A stretch of DNA of 64,000 nucleotides from an uncultured Pelagibacteraceae bacterium (GTDB lineage Bacteria; Pseudomonadota; Alphaproteobacteria; Pelagibacterales; Pelagibacteraceae), in assembly GCA_902554315.1 (NCBI GenBank), contig CACDOF010000001.1, forward strand, positions 19,894 through 83,893. Direction: 5' to 3'. The translations under genes and the position numbers were made by a program. The notes under the pieces were generated by a model. It was given only the letters and a program-made list of their open reading frames with translations. It had not been told where the DNA came from and searched no databases. Shown one piece after another: positions 1 through 9,326 of this stretch (positions are counted from its first letter, which is position 1; every line of letters starts with the position of its first letter).

Positions 1-602
1 TTTTTAATTAAATTAGGCTTGGCACTAACTGAATTTTTTTTTTCATAAGAAATTTTATTCTCTTCAATTTTAAATTTTGACTTTTCTGCTAATATATTTC
101 TGGGAAGATTAATAGATACAGGTCCTTTTCTTGGAGACATCGCTAATTTGAAGGCTTCACTAAAAGTTTCAGGTATTCTTTTTACATTTTTTACTAACCA
201 TGTTTTTTTTGTAATTGGTTTGAATAATGATTGTTGGTCAAGCCCTTGAAAAGCATCCTCCATTTTATCATTCGTAGAATATGAACCTGCAATTGATACA
301 ACTGGTGAAAAAGCTGCTTTAGCTTGAGCAATTCCTGTTACAAGATTAGTTGCTCCAGGACCATTTTGTCCTGCAAGAAATACTCCTGGCCCATTAGATG
401 CTCTAGCATACCCATCTGCCATATGAGTTCCTGTTCTTTCATCTCGAACTCCAATAAATTTTATTTTTTTTTCATGGTAAAGGGCATCAAACATTTCCAT
501 TGTTGCTGAACCAATTAATCCAAAAACATGTTTAATTTTTTCTTTTTTTAATGATTTAACCGCAGCTTGACCCCCAGATAAGATCTTTTTTGATTTGATC
601 AC
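1..602 (-). CDS. ThDP-dependent enzyme, acetolactate synthase/sulfoacetaldehyde acetyltransferase (Xsc)-like; partial, runs off the left edge
   Basis: Not in the ORF track. Manual translation from GTG at 602 (GTGA overlap with the upstream stop) gives MIKSKKILSGGQAAVKSLKKEKIKHVFGLIGSATMEMFDAL...GVRDERTGTHMADGYARASNGPG...GQNGPGATN. FGxIGSA and QNGPG are Xsc-like. Confidence 0.8.
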   Translation of the reverse strand, partial: MIKSKKILSGGQAAVKSLKKEKIKHVFGLIGSATMEMFDALYHEKKIKFIGVRDERTGTHMADGYARASNGPGVFLAGQNGPGATNLVTGIAQAKAAFSPVVSIAGSYSTNDKMEDAFQGLDQQSLFKPITKKTWLVKNVKRIPETFSEAFKLAMSPRKGPVSINLPRNILAEKSKFKIEENKISYEKKNSVSAKPNLIK

Positions 603-1768
603 GAAACTTTTTTAACTTCAGTATTTACTTTGTCTTTAAATTTAGGGATTACTTTTTCTGTGAATAATTTTATACTTTTCATGCAATCATCATGTTTAAC
701 ACCTGGAAAATTAGACCAAACTTGAAGATTTTGAAGATTAAGTTCTGATTTTAATTCATGAATTTTATCAATTACATATTCTGGTGTCCCAAAAAGCATA
801 TTTCTTTTATGTAAAAAATCATAATTTAATAAATCTAATTTACCTTTTGTTTCTGGCAACTCTTCTTCTGGATCCATATGATTCCCAAGACCTCGCCAGT
901 GACAAACCCATCTCATATAATTTACCATATGTTCGCCAGCTTTTTCTTTAGCCTCTTCCATTGTATCTGCAACAAACATGTCTCTTACTAAAGTTACCCC
1001 TTCTCCTAAGTCAACATTTCTTTTCTCTTTTTCAGATCTAGCATTTTTATAAGCTTCAAATTTAATTTTTAATGCTTTTACCGTAGGTATCCACATTATA
1101 ACGTTTATTCCATTTTGAGCAGCCCACTCGATAGATCTTATACCATCCACAACTTGGTGAATTGGAGGATGAGGTGATTGATAGGGTTTAGGTACAACGC
1201 TAATTTTTTTTATAGTGTTATCTTCCATATTTATAAATTCTTCACTTGGTGGACTCATATCATGCTGCCAAACATGGTTTGGATGAGGATAATTATAAAA
1301 TTCTCCTTGATGGCTAAAGAATTTTTCTGTCCACGCTTTTTTAAGTATTTCTAGAGTTTCTGAGAATAGTCTAAAATTTTTTGCTTGATCTTTAAGGTCG
1401 GCTTCTACATTTAAATTTATTGCTTCTCTGCCATAAATTCCTCTAGCAACTCCTACTTCTACTCTACCTTTTGAAAGTTGATCTAAAGTAGCTATATCTT
1501 CAGCTAATCTAATTGGATTATGAAATGTAATAACATTTGCAGCTTGTCCAATTCTAATTTTTTTAGTTCTAGCAGCAGCATCAGCGCCTAACATCAATGG
1601 ATTAGTACATGACTCCATTCCTTCATGATTAAAATGATGCTCGGTAAACCAAATAGAATTCCAATTATTTTGATCACAATATTCAGTTATTTCTTTCGTT
1701 TCATCTAACAATTGATGATAGGGCTTGTGAGTCCAATTTGTAGTATTACAAAAATAACCAAACTTCAT
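599..1768 (-). CDS. Luciferase-like (LLM class) flavin-dependent monooxygenase
   Basis: MKFGYF start, WFTEHHF, PIRLAEDIATLDQLSKGRVEVGVARG, PKPYQSPHPP. Start reassigned to ATG 1768, which follows the SD AAAGGAG. Confidence 0.9.
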   Translation of the reverse strand: MKFGYFCNTTNWTHKPYHQLLDETKEITEYCDQNNWNSIWFTEHHFNHEGMESCTNPLMLGADAAARTKKIRIGQAANVITFHNPIRLAEDIATLDQLSKGRVEVGVARGIYGREAINLNVEADLKDQAKNFRLFSETLEILKKAWTEKFFSHQGEFYNYPHPNHVWQHDMSPPSEEFINMEDNTIKKISVVPKPYQSPHPPIHQVVDGIRSIEWAAQNGINVIMWIPTVKALKIKFEAYKNARSEKEKRNVDLGEGVTLVRDMFVADTMEEAKEKAGEHMVNYMRWVCHWRGLGNHMDPEEELPETKGKLDLLNYDFLHKRNMLFGTPEYVIDKIHELKSELNLQNLQVWSNFPGVKHDDCMKSIKLFTEKVIPKFKDKVNTEVKKVS

Positions 1769-1771
1769 AAA

Positions 1772-1848
1772 GTCTCCTTTAAAATCAAATTTAAAGACGA
1801 CCGATCCCACTTTCGTATATGAAATAACGACGAGTTATGTATCGCTTT
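1772..1848 (-). promoter_or_regulatory. Candidate structured 5' leader RNA (riboswitch-like) upstream of the LLM gene
   Basis: GC-enriched intergenic segment. Hairpin GUCGUCUUUAAA-UUUGAU-UUUAAAGGAGAC covers the SD. A competing 5' strand AAAGCGAU and inner hairpins AUAAC-UCGUC-GUUAU and UAC-GAAA-GUG lie upstream. Confidence 0.5.
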
Positions 1849-1868
1849 ATTTAACAACTTTATTATTA

Positions 1869-2834
1869 CTACCTTTGATATTCAACAAATTTCTTTAAGG
1901 AACTATTTAAAAATTTTTCATAAATTTGACCTTTATTTAAAGTTTTTCTATTCATTAAATATGAGGGGTGCATTTTAAAATCGAAAGATGGCTCAAAAAA
2001 AAATGGAATAGACATTCTTTTAGATCTGTTCCACAAAACACGATGATTTGTTGCTTTAAATTTTCCTTTAGTTAAGTATTCCAAAGCTCTTCCTGTATTG
2101 ACTACAAAAGCCTTTTTATTAAATGGCATATCGTACCACTTTTTATTTTTACGGTTTTGAACTTGTAATCCACCTTTTTTATCCTGGTATAGAACAGTAA
2201 ATATTCCACTATCAACATGTGTTTCACAACCCAGTGCAACACCATCTTGTCTCGAAATTTCCACAGGCCTTCTTTGATTTGGATAGTAATTAAATCTCAA
2301 TGTGCTCAATGTTTTCAGTCTAGAAAAAGCCTGATTTGAAATAGACGGATCTTTTTTATAGTAAATGATTATACTTTTAAAAAGTATTTCGCTTAGGTTA
2401 AAAATATCATCAAAATAATTATTTATTTTTTTAATTGAATGTTCTTTAAAACATTTTTGAAGATTTAAATATTCAATGTATTGGTTTCGAATATTATTTG
2501 AATATTTCTTTGATACTTTTAGGTCTCCTAAATCTAAACCTTCTTTTCCATTCACATCATTAGGAAAATATCCTCTATAAACATTCTTATTTTTTCTATT
2601 CCATTTTTTTGGAGATAATTTTCTTTTATATTCATCAGTCATATTGAAGAATTTATTTCCTACAGTGCATATATTTTTAATATCTTTTGTTTTTAACCCA
2701 TGCCCTACAACTTGAAAAAACCCTATCTCTATACAAGCTTTTTTAATTTCTTGAATAGTTTTTCTAGACTCTTTTGAAATAAATTTTCCATCTAATAGTG
2801 ATGATATATTTATTGTTGGTATATATGATTTCAT
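1869..2834 (-). CDS. Fe(II)/2-oxoglutarate dioxygenase, isopenicillin N synthase-like family
   Basis: IPTINIS...ACIEIGFFQVVGHG N-terminus; HVDSG...HRV...RMS facial triad and 2OG-binding motif. Confidence 0.9.
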   Translation of the reverse strand: MKSYIPTINISSLLDGKFISKESRKTIQEIKKACIEIGFFQVVGHGLKTKDIKNICTVGNKFFNMTDEYKRKLSPKKWNRKNKNVYRGYFPNDVNGKEGLDLGDLKVSKKYSNNIRNQYIEYLNLQKCFKEHSIKKINNYFDDIFNLSEILFKSIIIYYKKDPSISNQAFSRLKTLSTLRFNYYPNQRRPVEISRQDGVALGCETHVDSGIFTVLYQDKKGGLQVQNRKNKKWYDMPFNKKAFVVNTGRALEYLTKGKFKATNHRVLWNRSKRMSIPFFFEPSFDFKMHPSYLMNRKTLNKGQIYEKFLNSSLKKFVEYQR

Positions 2835-3781
2835 TATCTATTAGGTGTATCAGTTGCAATCATCTGACCTCTTACTTTTTCTCTAAAGTAAATATACACA
2901 CCTGCTCCGATGATAATACTTGCTCCAAAAAATGTTCTTGGAACAGGAATAGTTTCAAATAAAATGTAACCTGCTAGCACTGCCCAAACTAAGTATGAAT
3001 ACTCAAATAAAGAGACAACTGAAGGTGATGCAATACTGTAGGCTGTAAATACACAAAAGAAAGAAATTGAAGCAACAATTCCCATAATTAAAACATAAGG
3101 CCAGGCATACGATGGATTAGTAAACCATTCTCTAACTATAAATTGCATTGTAGGATCGGTAAAAGTATTAAATTTGCCGTCACCACTTACAGCAAATATT
3201 ATTAAGCCTGCAATCAACGCAAAAATATAAAGCCAGGACATTTGTGTATAAATATTATCTTTTTGTGAAGTATATTTAGTTATTGTCATTGAAATAGAAT
3301 AACAAAGTGAACAAGCAACAGGAGCTAATTTAAAAAAGTTAAAGTCTTCTAATGTTGGATTTAATACAATTAGCACACCAATAAATCCAACAACAATTGC
3401 ACTCCATCTTCTAATACCTATTTTTTCTTTCAAAAAAATTTTAGCAAAAATAGACATAAAAAATGGACAAGAAAAAAATAGCGCACTTGTCATAGCAAGC
3501 GTCATGAAGGTTAATGAAATATAAAAAAAACTAAAACCAAAGAAAAAACAAACAACTCTCACCAATGTTAAAAATGGATAGTGAGTTTTTAAAGATATTG
3601 TTTTCCTTGTTATAAGAACAAAGCATAATAAAAATATTGTTTGAATAAGTGTTCTTCCAAAATAAAGTTCAAATAAAGCAATATCTTCAAATATAAATTT
3701 TATTAAAGAATCTTGTATTGAAAAAAAAGCCATACCAGTCATTATAAAAAATATGCCTTTGGTATTTTGATTTACGTCCAT
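2834..3781 (-). CDS. DMT/EamA family transporter
   Basis: About 10 hydrophobic helices; LKEKIGIRRWSAIVVGFIGVLIVLNP signature. Confidence 0.9.
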   Translation of the reverse strand: MDVNQNTKGIFFIMTGMAFFSIQDSLIKFIFEDIALFELYFGRTLIQTIFLLCFVLITRKTISLKTHYPFLTLVRVVCFFFGFSFFYISLTFMTLAMTSALFFSCPFFMSIFAKIFLKEKIGIRRWSAIVVGFIGVLIVLNPTLEDFNFFKLAPVACSLCYSISMTITKYTSQKDNIYTQMSWLYIFALIAGLIIFAVSGDGKFNTFTDPTMQFIVREWFTNPSYAWPYVLIMGIVASISFFCVFTAYSIASPSVVSLFEYSYLVWAVLAGYILFETIPVPRTFFGASIIIGAGVYIYFREKVRGQMIATDTPNR

Positions 3782-3816
3782 CAGACACCTATATCAAATC
3801 AGATATGATTATAATA

Positions 3817-5400
3817 TTAATTATTAAGAATGGCTTCAGAACCTTTTTCAGCAATCATAAGGGTAGGGGCATTTAAGTTTGCACTAGGGATTTCAGGAAT
3901 AACCGACGCATCAATTACCCTTAAATTTCCAATTCCATTTACTTTTAAATCTTGATCTACAACTGCCATATCATCCGCTCCCATTTTGCAAGTTCCACAA
4001 GGATGATAAGCGGTATCAGCTTTAGATCTGATATATTCGTTTAATTCATCATCTGACTGAGCATCAAAACCTGGCCCAACTTCATCTCCTGCATGTTCGG
4101 CAAGGGCGGGTTGAGATAGGATTTTTCTTGCAACATGTATACATTCTCTTGTTTGTTTAAGGTCTTCTTCCTCTTTTAAATAATTAAATAAAATTTTAGG
4201 ATAGTCATATGGATTAGATGAATTAAGAGTTATCTCTCCTCTACTTTTTGGATGATTTGGGCTTGCATGCAATTGGTAGCCATGTGAGTCTGGCTCCTCA
4301 AGTCCATGATTTATTACAAAAGATGGAAAAAAATGAAATTGAATATTAGCAACTTTTCTTTCAGGCGAGGATTTAGCAAAACCTCCAGCTTCTAAAAATG
4401 ATTTTGAACATGGTCCAGATTTGAACATAAACCATTGCATACCAGCTAAAATTTTAGGTAGTAATTTTGTATAAGTATAAAGAGTATTTGGCGTTTTACA
4501 TTTTTGCTGTATGTAAGTTTCAAGATGATCTTGTAAATTTTTTCCTACACCTTTTGAATTATGGACTACTTTAATACCATTATCTTTAAGATGTGCTTCA
4601 TCACCAACCCCAGATAACATTAATAATTGAGGGGAATTTATAGATCCTCCGCTTAAAATTACTTCTTTATTTGCATAAATCTTTTCAACTTTATTTTTAA
4701 TCTTTACTTCAAGACCCACAGCTTTTTTTCCTTCAAATAATATCTTTTCTACAAATGAATTTTTTAAAATACTTAAGTTTTTTCTATTTTTTACAGGATT
4801 TAAATAATATTTAGCAACACCTGCTCTTTCACCTTGATGCATTGTAGTATCAAACATACCAAATCCTTCTTGTTCTTTTCCATTCATATCTATATTTGTT
4901 TTGTGACCCGCTTCAGCAGCTGCTTCAATAAATGCTTTAAATAAAGGATTTGAGTTTTTTGATAAATTTATTGGAAGAGGACCTAAAGAGCCTCTAAATT
5001 GATTTTCTCCCTCTGACCAAGTTTCAATTTTTTTAAAGTAGGGAAGTACTTTTTCATAAGACCACTTATTTAAACCAAAATTTTCCCATCTCGTATAATC
5101 ATCTCTGTTTCCTCTAACATAAACCATCCCATTATGAGAAGAACATCCTCCTATCATTTTTCCTCTTGGACAAAATATACGTCTATTATTTAAATATGGT
5201 TCAGGTTCTGAATAATATTTCCAATTATATTTGGGGTCATGCATTGTATAAAGAAGAGCTAATGGCATTTTAACTTTCCAAATATCACTGGATCCACCTG
5301 CCTCAAAAATTGCAACTGAATTATTAGAATTTTCTGATAACCTATTTGCAACTACACATCCGGCAGAACCTGCCCCAACTATAAGATAATCAAAATTCAT
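3817..5400 (-). CDS. betA: Choline dehydrogenase/oxidase (GMC oxidoreductase, BetA-like)
   Basis: FDYLIVGAGSAGCV, PRGKMIGGCSSHNGMVYVRG, VGKNLQDHLE, TAYHPCGTCKMG, ANLNAPTLMIAEK. Confidence 0.8.
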   Translation of the reverse strand: MNFDYLIVGAGSAGCVVANRLSENSNNSVAIFEAGGSSDIWKVKMPLALLYTMHDPKYNWKYYSEPEPYLNNRRIFCPRGKMIGGCSSHNGMVYVRGNRDDYTRWENFGLNKWSYEKVLPYFKKIETWSEGENQFRGSLGPLPINLSKNSNPLFKAFIEAAAEAGHKTNIDMNGKEQEGFGMFDTTMHQGERAGVAKYYLNPVKNRKNLSILKNSFVEKILFEGKKAVGLEVKIKNKVEKIYANKEVILSGGSINSPQLLMLSGVGDEAHLKDNGIKVVHNSKGVGKNLQDHLETYIQQKCKTPNTLYTYTKLLPKILAGMQWFMFKSGPCSKSFLEAGGFAKSSPERKVANIQFHFFPSFVINHGLEEPDSHGYQLHASPNHPKSRGEITLNSSNPYDYPKILFNYLKEEEDLKQTRECIHVARKILSQPALAEHAGDEVGPGFDAQSDDELNEYIRSKADTAYHPCGTCKMGADDMAVVDQDLKVNGIGNLRVIDASVIPEIPSANLNAPTLMIAEKGSEAILNN

Positions 5401-5428
5401 ATTATTTTATCAATAATATTCATGAAGT

Positions 5429-6262
5429 TTATACTGGATGATCACCTTCGATTGCTATTCTATCCATTATTCTTTCATAACCTAGTCCTCTTCCAGGATA
5501 AAAGTCTGCTATTGCAAAATGGATTACACTTCTATTATCCCAAATACAAACTGTATTTTCTGTCCATGTAAATCTACAGGTTAACTCAAGCCTAGATTGA
5601 TGTTCAAATATTTTTTTTAAAATTTCATCGCTTTCTTTTTTATCCATGCCAACTATTTCTTTTGTATAGGTCCAATTGACAAAAAGTATTTTTTTGCCAG
5701 TTTCTGGATGGGTTCTCACGATAGGGTGTTCATTAGAATATTCGTCATAATTTCTTTTTTTATTGCCTTCCATTTTTTTATAACTTTCTATAAAAAATTC
5801 TGCTCCTAGAGAGCTGTGAATAGCTTTTTTGTCTTTAATTTTTTCTTTTATTTCTTCATCTAAAGTTTCCCAGGCTAGTTCCATATTTGAAAAACAAGTA
5901 TCCCCACCAACTGGAGGAATTTTAATTGATTTTAATATGACTGCTTTAGTAGGTTTTGCATTGTAACTCACATCACTATGCCAATTTTCTCCCCATTGAT
6001 TTTGTTCATCTTCAGCTTTAATTATTCTTACTATTTCTGGATGATCATTTAATCCTTTTACATATGCGTGTGTTTCTAAAGGTCCAAATTTCTCTGCTAA
6101 AGCCTTATGTTCTTCAGAATTTATTATTTGGTCTCTAAAAAAAATAACTTTGTGTTCTAATAACAAATCATTAATTTTTTTTATATTTTCATCAGAAGTA
6201 TCTTTCAGATTAATACCTTTAATTTCAGCTCCCAATGCACCTGATAATAGTTTTGTTTCCAT
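5429..6262 (-). CDS. TauD/TfdA-family 2OG dioxygenase (taurine dioxygenase/alkylsulfatase-like)
   Basis: LGAEIKG, WHSDVSY, GGDT, HPIVRTHPETGKK, WDNRSVIH. Confidence 0.9.
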   Translation of the reverse strand: METKLLSGALGAEIKGINLKDTSDENIKKINDLLLEHKVIFFRDQIINSEEHKALAEKFGPLETHAYVKGLNDHPEIVRIIKAEDEQNQWGENWHSDVSYNAKPTKAVILKSIKIPPVGGDTCFSNMELAWETLDEEIKEKIKDKKAIHSSLGAEFFIESYKKMEGNKKRNYDEYSNEHPIVRTHPETGKKILFVNWTYTKEIVGMDKKESDEILKKIFEHQSRLELTCRFTWTENTVCIWDNRSVIHFAIADFYPGRGLGYERIMDRIAIEGDHPV

Positions 6263-6264
6263 GG

Positions 6265-6732
6265 TTATTTTTTTAGCTTACCAGATAATACTAAATTTTC
6301 TGAATTAAAATTCTTTTTATTTTCTTCAATAAATTTATCCATAATTTCTATTTTATCTTGTTCAAACTCAGTAACTTTTCTTTTTTCAAGATCTATATAA
6401 AGGGATAAACTTTCCATAGTTGCAGCAAGTTTCTTTGTTTTTTTTTCGTACATTTCACATCTTAAATGTAATCTTTTTTTATCATGATCAAAGAATTTAC
6501 AAAAAACTTCAACTTCCTCGTTTTCTTTAACTTCATTATTGTATGTGGTACGAGTCTCTACAACCATTGTACTTCTTTTATTAATTTGTGCATTTGCACC
6601 ACCCATATGAAATTTGTTTAGCATTGTTTCCCACGCCTCATCAAAAATTAGCACGTAGTAAGCCATATTCATATGCTCATTATAATCGGTCCAATCTTTA
6701 ATTATTTTTCTAGTTGCAAGATGCACTGACAT
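6265..6732 (-). CDS. cdhB: Hot-dog thioesterase, CdhB-like (betainyl-CoA thioesterase)
   Basis: WTDYNEHMNMAYY and DKKRLHL motifs; sits near cdhC/cdhA. Start moved to ATG 6732, just after the aldolase stop. Confidence 0.7.
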   Translation of the reverse strand: MSVHLATRKIIKDWTDYNEHMNMAYYVLIFDEAWETMLNKFHMGGANAQINKRSTMVVETRTTYNNEVKENEEVEVFCKFFDHDKKRLHLRCEMYEKKTKKLAATMESLSLYIDLEKRKVTEFEQDKIEIMDKFIEENKKNFNSENLVLSGKLKK

Positions 6733-6733
6733 T

Positions 6734-7462
6734 TTAATTTTTATAACTAGGGTCTTCTTGGTCAAGAATTGATCTAATAGCTTTTAAATGTAAATCTTTA
6801 GAGTCGGTTGAATAATCTTCCCATTCTTGAGCAGTTTTTTCTGCAACTTCATCGCTAACTATTTTAAGTTTTTTATTTGTAGATAGAGCAGTTAAATAAG
6901 TCTCGCAAGCTCTTTCAAAATAGTATAATTCATCAAACGCTTCAGCTACGGTTTGGCCAGCTGTTAAAACACCATGATTAGACATTAGCAAAACTTTTTT
7001 ATTTCCAATTTTGGTAGCCATTTTTTCAGACTCTTCTTCAAAACCCATACCACCAAAATCTCTATAAACTCCAACTCTATTAAAAAATCTCATTGAATTT
7101 TGATCTATTGGGGGCAAGGTTGGATCATCTAAAGCTGAAAGAGCTGTTGCATATTTAGAATGAACATGGAGTATACATCTTGCGTGCGGTACTTTTTTAT
7201 GAATTGCTCCATGTATGTATAGTGCTGTTGGGTCAACTAGTTCAGGTTTATTTTTAAGCTCATCCATCTTACTTTTTTCAACTAAGAATAAGTCACTTGC
7301 TTTTATATTGCTGAAGTGCATACCAGTACCATTTACGTAAAAATCTTCATTTGAACCTGGCACACATACGCTAAAATGATTTGCAATTGCTTCATGCATG
7401 TTCAATTTTGCAGTCCATCTAAAAACAGCCGCTAAATCTTCCAAAATTTCTAATTTATCCAT
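6734..7462 (-). CDS. Class II aldolase/adducin family protein
   Basis: EAIANHFS, IHGAIH, CILHVH, LMSNHGV metal-binding histidines. Confidence 0.9.
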   Translation of the reverse strand: MDKLEILEDLAAVFRWTAKLNMHEAIANHFSVCVPGSNEDFYVNGTGMHFSNIKASDLFLVEKSKMDELKNKPELVDPTALYIHGAIHKKVPHARCILHVHSKYATALSALDDPTLPPIDQNSMRFFNRVGVYRDFGGMGFEEESEKMATKIGNKKVLLMSNHGVLTAGQTVAEAFDELYYFERACETYLTALSTNKKLKIVSDEVAEKTAQEWEDYSTDSKDLHLKAIRSILDQEDPSYKN

Positions 7463-7494
7463 AAGCTTTATGATAGTATAAATATAAAAATAAA

Positions 7495-8382
7495 ATGAAC
7501 AATAAAGTTTTTATCTCATGTGCGGTTACTGGATCTGGCGACACTGCCGCTAAACACCCAGATTTGCCTAAAACACCAGAGCAAATCGCAACTGCAGCAA
7601 TAGAAGCGGCAAAAGCAGGTGCTGCTATAGCACATATTCATGTAAGAGAAGAGGATGGAACACCTAGTAGAAGATTAGAATTATATAAGGAAGTTGTAGA
7701 TAGAGTAAGATCCAGCGAAACAGATGTTATATTAAATTTAACAACTGGCATGGGTGGTGATTTAGATATTGGACAAGGAGCAAATCCATTAGAATTTGGA
7801 CCTTTCACAGATATGGCAAATGTTATGGAAAGAATTGCAAATGCAGAACAATTTTTACCTGAAATTTGTACTTTAGATTGTGGCACTCTAAATTTTGGAG
7901 ATAGCTCTGTAATTACAGTAAATACCCCAAACGATTTAAGAAAAGCTGCAAAAAAATTACAAGAAATAAAAGTTAAACCAGAAATCGAAGCATTTGATTT
8001 AGGAAATATGTGGTTTGGCGCACAACTTTACAAAGAAGGATTGCTTGACGATCCTCCAATGTTTCAAATGTGTTTAGGAATTCCTTGGGGAGCTCCAGCG
8101 ACACCCTTAGCAATGCAAGCAATGAAAGATATTATGCCAGAAGAGGGTGTGTGGTCTGGTTTTGCTATATCAAGAAATGAAATGCCATTTGTTGCTCAAA
8201 CTGTCGTTATGGGAGGAAATCCAAGAGTAGGTCTTGAAGATAATTTATATTTATCAAAAGGAAAATTAGCAACCAATGCTCAATTAGTTGAAAAAGCAAT
8301 TAGAATCGTAACAGATCTTGGGGCTTCTATTATGACCCCAGAAGAAACAAGAGAAAAACTTAAACTTGTAAAACACAAGTAA
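7495..8382 (+). CDS. cdhC: Beta-keto acid cleavage enzyme (BKACE), 3-dehydrocarnitine cleavage enzyme-like
   Basis: ISCAVTG, AHIHVR, PEICTLDCGTLNFG, RVGLEDN; translationally coupled to carnitine dehydrogenase. Confidence 0.85.
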   Translation: MNNKVFISCAVTGSGDTAAKHPDLPKTPEQIATAAIEAAKAGAAIAHIHVREEDGTPSRRLELYKEVVDRVRSSETDVILNLTTGMGGDLDIGQGANPLEFGPFTDMANVMERIANAEQFLPEICTLDCGTLNFGDSSVITVNTPNDLRKAAKKLQEIKVKPEIEAFDLGNMWFGAQLYKEGLLDDPPMFQMCLGIPWGAPATPLAMQAMKDIMPEEGVWSGFAISRNEMPFVAQTVVMGGNPRVGLEDNLYLSKGKLATNAQLVEKAIRIVTDLGASIMTPEETREKLKLVKHK

Positions 8383-9326
8383 TGTCAAATATAAAAAAAG
8401 TGGCAGTAGTAGGCACTGGTGTTATTGGTGCTGGATGGATAATAAGATTTTTGGCCCATGGAAAAATTGTACATGCTTACGATAAAAATTTAAAATTAAA
8501 AAGAAATTTATTATTAGAAATAAAAAGGACCTGGCCTTTTGTTAAGAAACTTTTTAATAAAAAAAAATTAGATTTAAAAAATTTTAAATGTTTTATATCT
8601 TTGAAAGAAACTTTAAATGATGTTGACTTTGTTCAAGAATGCGCTCCAGAAAATTATTCAATTAAAATTAAATTAATTAAATTAATATCGAAAAGTATAA
8701 AAAAAAATATTATAATTTCTTCAAGTTCTTCTGGTTTACTACCTTCAAAAATTTTTTCTAAATCCTTACACCCTGAAAGAGGAATAATTGGACATCCTTT
8801 TAATCCTGTTTACTTGTTACCACTTGTCGAAATAGTTCCTGGAAAAAAAACAAATAAGAAATATTTAAACATTGCAAAAAAATTTTATCAATCAATTTCT
8901 ATGAATCCAATAATAGTCAAAAAAGAATTACCAGGTTATTTATCAGATAGACTTCAAGAAGCTTTATGGAGAGAAGCTCTTCATATAATAAACGAAGGTT
9001 ATGCAACAACTGAGGACCTTGATAGAGCTATAGAAGACGGACCTGGATTAAGATACTCTTTAATGGGAACATTTTTGACGTTTCATCTTGCTGGAGGAAA
9101 AACAGGCATGAAGCATATGTTGGAACAGTTCGGACCAGCATTAAAATTACCTTGGACAAAATTAAAAGCTCCTCTATTGACAAAAAAATTATCAAATAGA
9201 CTTATTCATGGAACAAAAAAACAAGCTAAAGGAAAGTCAGTTAGTATGCTATCAAATATAAGAGATGAGTATCTTGTAAATCTTCAAAAATTAAGAAAAA
9301 AATATGAAATCAAAATAAGAAAATGA
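8382..9326 (+). CDS. cdhA: L-carnitine 3-dehydrogenase
   Basis: GTGVIGAGW, SSSSGLLPS, GHPFNPVYLLPLVE, DRLQEALWRE, QFGPALKLPWTKL. Confidence 0.9.
   Translation: MSNIKKVAVVGTGVIGAGWIIRFLAHGKIVHAYDKNLKLKRNLLLEIKRTWPFVKKLFNKKKLDLKNFKCFISLKETLNDVDFVQECAPENYSIKIKLIKLISKSIKKNIIISSSSSGLLPSKIFSKSLHPERGIIGHPFNPVYLLPLVEIVPGKKTNKKYLNIAKKFYQSISMNPIIVKKELPGYLSDRLQEALWREALHIINEGYATTEDLDRAIEDGPGLRYSLMGTFLTFHLAGGKTGMKHMLEQFGPALKLPWTKLKAPLLTKKLSNRLIHGTKKQAKGKSVSMLSNIRDEYLVNLQKLRKKYEIKIRK

Noticed and set aside
3790-3808. Short palindrome ATATC-N6-GATAT upstream of the DMT gene
   Set aside because: The arms are only 5-6 bp in AT-rich DNA and no cognate regulator is present, so it could be chance.
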